From Zygophlyctis sp. KS116 (taxonomy: Eukaryota; Fungi; Chytridiomycota), in contig BAAFSQ010000256.1 in NCBI GenBank assembly GCA_054661495.1, positions 1 to 14,158 of the forward strand: a stretch of DNA of 14,158 nt, in the 5' to 3' direction. Both the position numbers and the translations under genes were made by a program. The notes below the pieces were generated by a model. That model was not told the origin of the DNA, did not search any database, and saw nothing but the letters and a program-made list of their open reading frames with translations. Positions 1 through 6,609 of the stretch are shown one piece after another. Every line of letters starts with the position of its first letter. Positions within the stretch are counted from its first letter, which is position 1.

Positions 1-315
1 GTCTGCTTCCAATTTTACTAGTATTCTTTCTCTGTCTTCTTTCGGAATATCCTTGTACTCTCCAGTTCCCAAAGTAGCTTGTTCAATTTTACGATTGACG
101 GCCAACCAATTTTTCTCAAATTCCAAATTGACGGCCAACCAATTTTTCTCAAGTTCCAATTTTGTTAGTTGCGAATTGAGGACGACGACAAATTCATTTC
201 TGTCTTCTTTCGGAATCCCCTTGTACTCTCCAGTTGCCAAAGTAGCCGCCTTGATTTCAAAGTTGAGTTTTTCAATTTTATCATTGACAGCTTTAAATTC
301 TTCAGAAAAATTCAT
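1..315 (-). CDS. Partial hypothetical helical/coiled-coil protein with internal repeats; runs off the left edge
   Basis: ATG at 315 is preceded by an in-frame TAG (325-327), and the frame is open to base 1. It reads MNFSEEFKAVNDKIEKLNFEIKAATLATGEYKGIPKEDRNEFVVVLNSQLTKLELEKNWLAVNLEFEKNWLAVNRKIEQATLGTGEYKDIPKEDRERILVKLEAD. The DNA repeat offsets (168 and 33 nt) are multiples of 3. It is absent from the ORF track because the stop lies outside the window. Confidence 0.65.
   Translation of the reverse strand, partial: MNFSEEFKAVNDKIEKLNFEIKAATLATGEYKGIPKEDRNEFVVVLNSQLTKLELEKNWLAVNLEFEKNWLAVNRKIEQATLGTGEYKDIPKEDRERILVKLEAD
31..246. repeat. Nested direct repeats: ~48-bp unit at 31-78 and 199-246, flanking a 33-bp tandem duplication at 94-126 and 127-159
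   Basis: TCTGTCTTCTTTCGGAAT..CCTTGTACTCTCCAGTT.CCAAAGTAGC occurs twice. ATTGACGGCCAACCAATTTTTCTCAA.TTCCAA occurs twice in tandem. Confidence 0.92.
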
Positions 316-489
316 TACAGAAGCCTATTCTTTGATCGGTGTCAATTGTTCAATCACGCTGACATTCATGATATCGATTTAAGTTTCCCCTATTCGTCTC
401 TGATGATTGATTGATTCATTTTGCTTCCGGACAAAATGAAACAGTCATACCATTTGTGTATCATGTTTCGGCGTAGATTGCCGTAAAGT

Positions 490-546
490 AGATGTCTCAA
501 TGAGACATCTTTTGAACATCATGAGACAGTCTTATGATGTTCAAAA
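490..546. repeat. Two abutting inverted repeats, each with a 1-nt spacer
   Basis: AGATGTCTCA-A-TGAGACATCT (490-510, perfect). TTTTGAACATCATGAGAC-A-GTCTTATGATGTTCAAAA (510-546, 17/18 matches). Confidence 0.9.
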
Positions 547-557
547 TATTCTAAAAT

Positions 558-1054
558 ATGAAAAATGTGGCAGTACTTTCTGTGCGGTCACAATGCTCTA
601 CAAAATTCGATGAACGGTGCGATTGGAGTTCTGGTCACTATGCCGCTTCATTGAACGACATGAATGGATTGATGCCTCATGGGATGCATAATTACGTACC
701 TTCTGGAAGACCGCCGACCTCGTTTGACGATACTTATCGAGTACAATCTGATTTACATGAAAGCGTGCCACCTCAACAAGCTCACGATGGGGAAACTAAT
801 TTAGAAACCGCCATAGAGCGACCAAAAAATACAGCTGCTGCCCGTCGCGGGGTCCTCTCACCAGCTCAGAAAATTTGGTTTGGAATATTCTCTGCAGCTT
901 TGGTCTTCTATACATTTGGAGTAATTGCTGCAGTTATTGTTAATCTAAATGGAATCAAAAGTAAATCTTAACAGACTTCGTAGTGCTGTTGGATTTGCCA
1001 AAGTTTCGCCAACAGATTTATCACTGGATCTACCAAACTCCTAAATACATTTAA
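558..1054 (+). CDS. Hypothetical single-pass membrane protein; ends at 971 if unspliced, or at 1054 via a putative 23-nt intron (961-983)
   Basis: A hydrophilic N-terminal region is followed by the hydrophobic segment IWFGIFSAALVFYTFGVIAAVIV. Removing GTAAATCTTAACAGACTTCGTAG gives ...IKMLLDLPKFRQQIYHWIYQTPKYI*. AATAAA lies at 1065-1070. Confidence 0.5.
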
Positions 1055-1199
1055 AACTTAATCGAATAAATATTGATTTCACTCATAGACTATATATTGA
1101 CAAACAATCATGGTAGTTATATACATATATTGATAGAAGAAGATATAGAATATCAATCTGATCCAAGATCCTTATCATTACATACATGTATGTACTTGG

Positions 1200-1910
1200 C
1201 TAAAATAATAAAAGTAATGAAATTGCAGCCGCAATGTTGAAAGCAATTCCAATTGGTGATGCATTATTCATGTCTGAATCTGATCCCGGATTCGAGCCCA
1301 CATTATTCTTTTTACCATATCCATAGGGAAAAGTTGGAGCAGACGAGGTTTTTTCTGCATCAATAGAAGATGTGGCTTGTAATATATCGCTGGTTACATC
1401 ATCAGGAGTTGTAATCAAATCAGTCGTTATAGATGTTTGATCTGGTGTACCGTAATCAGGTATGCTAGTCAAATCAGTTATTGAATCCGCTATGCTTGTT
1501 GTCAGCATATAACCAGAAGATGCAGTGCCGATTGAAGGTGTTGGGGTGACTGTCAGAGTCTCTGTTGGAAATGCTGTGTTAGCAGAACCTGTCAGCTTTG
1601 GAGTGATGCTTAAAGTAGGGGAAGCTGTATATGTTGGCTTTAGAGTAATGATTGGTGTTGGCACAGCTGTATCTGTTGGCTTTAGAGTAATGATTGGTGT
1701 TGGCACAGCTGTACCGGTAGGCAATTGAGTTATGCTTTTAGATGGCTTAGCCCTGAAGGTAGGTGTGGAAGAAAGTTTTACACTGATAGTGGGCGTTGGT
1801 GTGATTGCATGCCTGGGATCTTGATCCAATGGAATAGATTTAGCACAAGTAAACCATAAGGAACCTATAACGGTGAATACAAAAATCATCAGGGACCTTG
1901 CGGCATTCAT
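1200..1910 (-). CDS. Secreted Thr/Pro/Ser-rich mucin-like cell-surface protein, probably GPI-anchored (236 aa)
   Basis: It has an N-terminal hydrophobic signal peptide (MNAARSLMIFVFTVIGSLWFTCA) and a T/P/S-rich body. Small residues (DSDMNNAS) precede a C-terminal hydrophobic tail (IGIAFNIAAAISLLLLF*) with no cytosolic residues after it. Confidence 0.8.
   Translation of the reverse strand: MNAARSLMIFVFTVIGSLWFTCAKSIPLDQDPRHAITPTPTISVKLSSTPTFRAKPSKSITQLPTGTAVPTPIITLKPTDTAVPTPIITLKPTYTASPTLSITPKLTGSANTAFPTETLTVTPTPSIGTASSGYMLTTSIADSITDLTSIPDYGTPDQTSITTDLITTPDDVTSDILQATSSIDAEKTSSAPTFPYGYGKKNNVGSNPGSDSDMNNASPIGIAFNIAAAISLLLLF
1623..1713. repeat. 42-bp coding tandem repeat (~2.2 copies; TAVPTPIITLKPT[D/Y])
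   Basis: AGCTGTAT.TGTTGGCTTTAGAGTAATGATTGGTGTTGGCAC repeats with period 42. Confidence 0.9.
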
Positions 1911-2095
1911 TCGCCACCCTATAAATAGACATGTTTCGTTATTAGAGATCCATTATTGACTTTTAACACAAGATACAATTAGAAATGGACAATTCATCTG
2001 TAAATTAAAGAAAAAACCTCATTGCTGTTAATAAATTCTTTGGATTAGAAAAGTCCGAAGACTGATAACTGAGTGCTCAACCTAACCAGTTGTAC

Positions 2096-2479
2096 ATGAG
2101 TTCGTTTTCAAAGTTTTGGAATCATCCCGCAGGCCCAAAGACCATTTTCTTCTGGGCTCCAGCCATGAAATGGGGACTAGTTATCGCAGGTCTTGGAGAT
2201 TTGCAGCGTCCAGCAGATAAACTATCATTGCCTCAAACGTTTGGTACGAAAAAACTCTATTAAATATCAGCCCTGGCTTTGACTGGGATGATCTGGTCAA
2301 GATATTCCCTAGTTATTACTCCTAAAAATTGGAGTCTCTTTGGTGTTAATGTAAAACGATATCCTATAATAATTAGGTGTTTGTGGGCGCAATTGGCCTT
2401 TATCAGTTATCTAGAATATATCGGTATTTATAAATTTCTTAATGCTAGACATAAAATATCACTGGAACAAGCCGCATAG
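2096..2479 (+). CDS. MPC2: Mitochondrial pyruvate carrier subunit 2 (101 aa); introns 2244-2270, 2351-2376, 2424-2448
   Basis: Spliced translation is MSSFSKFWNHPAGPKTIFFWAPAMKWGLVIAGLGDLQRPADKLSLPQTFALALTGMIWSRYSLVITPKNWSLFGVNVFVGAIGLYQLSRIYRHKISLEQAA. HPAGPKTxFFWAP..KWGLV and IWSRYSLVIxPKNW are MPC2-type signatures. The three GT-AG introns are 27, 26 and 25 nt. Confidence 0.95.
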
Positions 2480-2480
2480 T

Positions 2481-3980
2481 TTATGGAAGATCACATCCAG
2501 ATTCTTTTGCCATCATGTATAATAATTCTCCTACTAAAGAATTAGCCCATGCAAACCACTTTCTAGTGTATTTTGTAGAATCTAAAAATTAAAACCCAAC
2601 TCTTTTACCATCTTTCCAAAAACTCTCATGAATTAAGCCTGTTTCGGATGTCGTGTTTAGTAAAAGTTCCAAACAGGAATCTCTTTCTTTTACATTTGTA
2701 GATGTAAAAGCTCGAATCGCAATTGACATTGGCCATATATATCCTAAGCCAATATGAGGACCACCAATTCCAGAGCCCTCTTTTCCTTTAAAATAATAAG
2801 GATTATTTTCACTTAAAATCCAATCTCTAGTTGATATATAGACTGGATCATTTTTATCTACGAATCCTAAATACGGAAGACTAAGAAGAGATGGGATATT
2901 TGCATCATCCATAAAATAAGCATTTCCAAACCCATCTACTTCATAAGCAAATCCAGTAGAACCATTGGGCAATTTAGCTATACCAAATTTATATATAGAT
3001 TCTTTAATTTCTTCTCCCAATGATTTACATTCATTTGCCAAGTCTGTATGATTTGCGATTTCTAGTATTTTGGAAATTTGAATCAGTTCAACTGAAGCCA
3101 TTGCATTTGCAGGAATCAAAAATGGAAAAGTAACAGAATCATCTGAAGGCCTAAATCCACATCTTCTAATAATTAAAGAATATTAGCATTACATTAGTCC
3201 ACATCTCTTTCCAGGAGGACCAAGTCCACTCAACATTAACGTATCTGTTGGAACATTTGAACTTCTTTGAAAGAGATATGGAGGATTTTGAAAGATTTCA
3301 TCAGTCCCAGATTGCTGAATTCTAATTATTTGGAGACATTTAGAGAGTGTTTCCTTCCATTCGGACGTGAGTATACTAAAGTCTCTAGAATTTTGAATGT
3401 ATGACCGAGATAGCTTTATGAATGCAGCTAAAGAATCCAATTCAAATTTACATTCAAAGACCAGATCAGATATAGGAGGTGTTACTTTATCCCCATAAGC
3501 CCATTCCGAATTTGGACCTTTTGGACTAGACTTGAATGCATTAGCCCAAACATCAGATAGAATACATTTTGCCTGTCTTGAAATCAGTCCTTTGATCATA
3601 TCTTTCAAGTTATTAGAAAGTGATAAAAGGGGCATGTATGGTGCACATTGATTTGTAGAGTCACGAAGCCTATATTTAGAACTGAGTGTTTACCACATTG
3701 CTGGAATATCCCCAGTAATAATAAAAGTGTCTCCCAGAGAGTAAAACACTGTTGTATCTAATGTATTTGGAAAAACATTTTCAAACAATAGTCCCCATTC
3801 TGGCTTTCCCAATTTAAGAAAATGTCCCTTTATCTTTTGTATCACACATTCCACAACTGCATCTTGGAATTTCCTATTATTCTCTTCTGGCCTTGCATAT
3901 GGAATTTTAAAAGGATAAGAAGGCGGACTATCAGAATGTTTACTTTTATTCATATCAATACTTTTACAACAATTGAACAT
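2481..3980 (-). CDS. Glycoside hydrolase family 125 (metal-independent exo-alpha-1,6-mannosidase-like), ~473 aa; introns 3670-3693, 3166-3192, 2582-2608
   Basis: Motifs present: FPNTLDTT, ITGDIPAMWLRDS, KFELDSL, FRPSDD, FLIPANAM, AYEVDGFG, MDDANIPSLLSLPYLGF, IGGPH..G..WPMS, HESF and YTRKWFAWANS. Removing introns of 24, 27 and 27 nt joins them into one frame and restores AMWLRDS across a junction. Confidence 0.93.
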
Positions 3981-4011
3981 AAATCACGCCTGATCTACTA
4001 TCTGACATGAT

Positions 4012-4569
4012 CTATGATGAGAATGTTAAATGACTGGCTATTCTTACTAATCCACTCTCATCTTCATCACTCTCATCACTCTCATCTTGTCCCTGAATAC
4101 TAGAATCCTGTCTAAAATTATACAGAGAATTGTTAGAGTCTAGACAATTATTCAATGCATTCATCCATTCAGTATAATCTATAGAAGAATAACATGCAAA
4201 AGACAATGAATAATCCTTAAAATTCAATTTAAATTGACATGGTTTCTGAACCAGAATCTCATTAGAGATTGATTTTACTAGAGATAATTGGATAAATTTA
4301 CATCCTGAATCAGACATGAGTATTAATAATGGCGTTCCTAAGTTTAACTAGTAAATCTAACCTTGTATTGCTGAGAATGCAATCTTTCCCAAGTATTCAA
4401 TTCTAAATTTATCTAATTCTAGAGTTGAATCAGTAATGAAAAACTTGTTAAAGATCCAAGACACATCACTAGTAGTAGATACAGAAATCAATAGTCCAGT
4501 CTTTTTTAATTTCTTAAAACTACTCAATTGAATGATTGGACTTAATTTTAAGATGCATGAAGCTGTCAT
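4012..4569 (-). CDS. PH-like domain protein with acidic tail (~177 aa); intron 4338-4361; 5' end uncertain (alternative ATG at 4588)
   Basis: The 24-nt intron GTTAGA...CTTAG joins ORFs 4357-4569 and 4012-4317 in frame. FKLNFKDYSLSFACYSSIDYTEWMNAL resembles PH strands 6-7 plus the C-terminal Trp-containing helix. Confidence 0.6.
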
Positions 4570-4596
4570 TATATTTTGGGGCTGTCATTAAAAATA

Positions 4597-4947
4597 CTAA
4601 ATTGCAGTAATTCTGATTGGAGGAATAGGATCAGCAAGAAGAGAATTCCAATCAATAGATTCATCTAATCCAGAATCTAAAATTCCAACCACAGAAATAG
4701 AATCACCTCTGATAAGGTATAATCCCAATGTAATTTCTTCTACACCCAAGTCTTTAGAAAAAACTCGTTCTTTTGCATTTGCAAGAACAAGATTTGTAGT
4801 CTGATCAAATCCTTTTAAAGTTCCCTTTTTTTTAAAATATTAAAATTACTAGAATGATCCTACCGTCGGATGTAAGGACTTGAATTTCTTCTTTTAATTT
4901 AAAAAGATTGACAACTTACTGTTTATGAATGGAGCTAATTCTGACAT
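4597..4947 (-). CDS. LSM8: U6 snRNA-associated Sm-like protein Lsm8 (98 aa); introns 4891-4919, 4825-4849
   Basis: Spliced translation is MSELAPFINKEIQVLTSDGRIILGTLKGFDQTTNLVLANAKERVFSKDLGVEEITLGLYLIRGDSISVVGILDSGLDESIDWNSLLADPIPPIRITAI. It has the Sm1/Sm2 motifs plus the Lsm8-type GFDQTTN, ERVFS and LGLY.IRGD. It is missing from the ORF track. Confidence 0.95.
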
Positions 4948-5082
4948 TTTCTATTATTGCTGTTAGATCTGATGGTCAGACCTAGACTTAGACTGCGCAC
5001 TTACAGTCAGACCTAGACTACTTTCAATGTGTAAACCTAGTCGACAATGTAAAACCTAGACTATTTAGACTAAAAATTGTAA
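4948..5082. promoter_or_regulatory. Putative bidirectional promoter (LSM8 / BAG gene) with repeated ACCTAG(ACT) motifs
   Basis: 135 nt separate the divergent ATGs. GTCAGACCTAGACT occurs at 4975-4988 and 5006-5019, CAATGT..AAACCTAG at 5025-5040 and 5045-5059, and TAGACT five times. Confidence 0.6.
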
Positions 5083-5671
5083 ATGTCAATATTAATAGTC
5101 TGGAAAACTCAAAAATATGAAATAGACATGGTCAAGGAATTCGGATCTGATTGGACTAGTATAAAACTATTAGATCTCATTTCCTTTATTTCTTTAAAAA
5201 CTCAAATTCCTATAGATGGAATTAAACTATTGACTTGTGGAGGTAAAGGTTGGAATTACTACTTTAAATTCTGGGAATCAAAAGCTCTAGAAGGATCTTT
5301 TGGTTTATTTTCTTGAAAATTAATTTATAGTACTCATGAAGGATCATACTCTTCCTCTTTCATTTTATAAAATAGCAAACAAATCTAAAATTATAATGTT
5401 GGGAGAAATTAGCATAAATACTCAAAAACTCTCTAAAATTCAAAATGATGTTGAAATTAGTATTCTTCCTTTAATTAAGGAATTAAAATCTTGTACATCT
5501 AAACAAGAATCTACTAAATTACACTTGAAAATATCTGAATTACTATTACAGTCTCTAATTAAAGTAGATGGAGTAGACTGTGAATTAGAGTCTGAAAAAA
5601 ACTCTAGAAAGGAATTAGTAAAGTGGATACAAGGACAATTAAAGATTGTAGATGATTTAAAAATTCAATAA
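5083..5671 (+). CDS. BAG-family Hsp70 co-chaperone with N-terminal ubiquitin-like domain (BAG1-like, ~166 aa); intron 5243-5330
   Basis: Ubl part: TQIPIDGIKLLTCG|VLMKDHTLPLSFYKIANKSKIIMLG. BAG part: KISELLLQSLIKVDGVD...RKELVKWIQGQLKIVD. Confidence 0.85.
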
Positions 5672-5730
5672 TATTCTACTTTTAGATCATATCGGAATTT
5701 ACTCATTGAAATTTAAAAACTATTAAAACA

Positions 5731-6003
5731 ATGGAACCAATGGATAGGATAATGCATCGAATGGAATTATTACTTAATGAAGCTCAAGATGCTATTCTAT
5801 CTTATGACTCAAAATCTCTAAATTCATCAGTTGAGAGTCTATCATCAGTCAACACGCTTTCCGACCAGAGTCCAATAGAGATTATAAAGGAATCTATTGC
5901 ATTGGGTCTAGAATTACAATTATCATTTTTATATTTAGTCTTGACAACTGTATTTTACTCTTGTGTAGCAATTTTGGACTTGTTTGGAAAAAGTAAAAAA
6001 TGA
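5731..6003 (+). CDS. Hypothetical 90-aa protein with C-terminal hydrophobic segment and basic tail (tail-anchored-like)
   Basis: The ATG sits in an A-rich context (AAAACAATG). The ORF has an amphipathic N-terminal helix, a Ser-rich linker, the hydrophobic [22 protein letters not shown] and then GKSKK*. It fills the gap between the BAG gene and GUK1. Confidence 0.55.
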   Translation: MEPMDRIMHRMELLLNEAQDAILSYDSKSLNSSVESLSSVNTLSDQSPIEIIKESIALGLELQLSFLYLVLTTVFYSCVAILDLFGKSKK

Positions 6004-6608
6004 ACTCAACATTGGTTGTCTCTGGACCTTCTGGAAGTGGAAAATCAACGCTTTTAAATAGATTATTTGATAAATATCCTTCTTGCTTTGGTTTCTCTGT
6101 GTCCCATACTACTAGAAGTCCAAGGCCCGGTGAAGTATTGATTTTCTAATGTTAGAGCCATGGGGAAAACTATTATTTTGTCTCTAGACAGGAATTTAAT
6201 GATTTGGTAGAGAGAAATGCATTCGTTGAAACTGCTGAATTCTCTGGAAATTGTTATGGGACCAGTATCGCTGCTATTGATGCTGTAAAAAAGGATGGAG
6301 CAGTCTGTGTTTTGGATTTGGAAATTAATGGAGTCAAATCTATAAAGAAAATAGATCCAAAGGCCAAGTTTCTATTCATACAACCTCCTTCTTTAGAGGT
6401 ACTTTATGAACGGTTGAAAAGGAGAGGAACAGACTCTGATCAAGTGATTCAAAAGAGACTTTCTTATGCTCAAGAAGCATTGGATTTTGCTAAAATTAAG
6501 GGTAATTATGATTGTGTCATTGTTAATAATGATTTGGAAGAAGCATTCAAGAAATTAGAAGAATATGTCTTGGAAAATTGGGAATTGAAGATTAATAAGA
6601 ATAATTGA
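6000..6608 (+). CDS. GUK1: Guanylate kinase (195 aa); intron 6135-6155 (21 nt)
   Basis: Motifs: [18 protein letters not shown] (P-loop), [14 protein letters not shown]|[48 protein letters not shown] and [10 protein letters not shown]. Confidence 0.96.
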
Positions 6609-6609
6609 T

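Noticed and set aside
53-414. Plus-strand ORFs 53-382 and 169-414
   Set aside because: They are antisense shadows of the minus-strand ORF at 1-315. Both start at TTG and have implausible Ser/Phe-rich composition.
490-546. MITE or intrinsic terminator
   Set aside because: No target-site duplication or second copy is visible in the window. The 1-nt loops and eukaryotic context do not fit a rho-independent terminator.
1525-1728. Val/Gly-rich plus-strand ORF
   Set aside because: It is the antisense reading of the Thr/Pro codons of the mucin-like gene.
2279-2479. Stand-alone 66-aa ORF
   Set aside because: It is a chimera of MPC2 exon 2, two unspliced introns, out-of-frame exon 3 and exon 4.
4056-4087. 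CTCATCA-type short repeats
   Set aside because: They simply encode the acidic DESDESDEDES tail of the PH-like protein.
5243-5330. Box C/D snoRNA in the long BAG intron (and in 12056-12176)
   Set aside because: I could not find RUGAUGA and CUGA boxes in the sense strand of either intron, so no ncRNA is called without a covariance-model search.
2481-6608. Bacterial operon or horizontally acquired block, suggested by the tight spacing and ATGA overlap
   Set aside because: The genes include eukaryote-specific LSM8 and a Ubl-BAG protein, and they contain spliceosomal introns.
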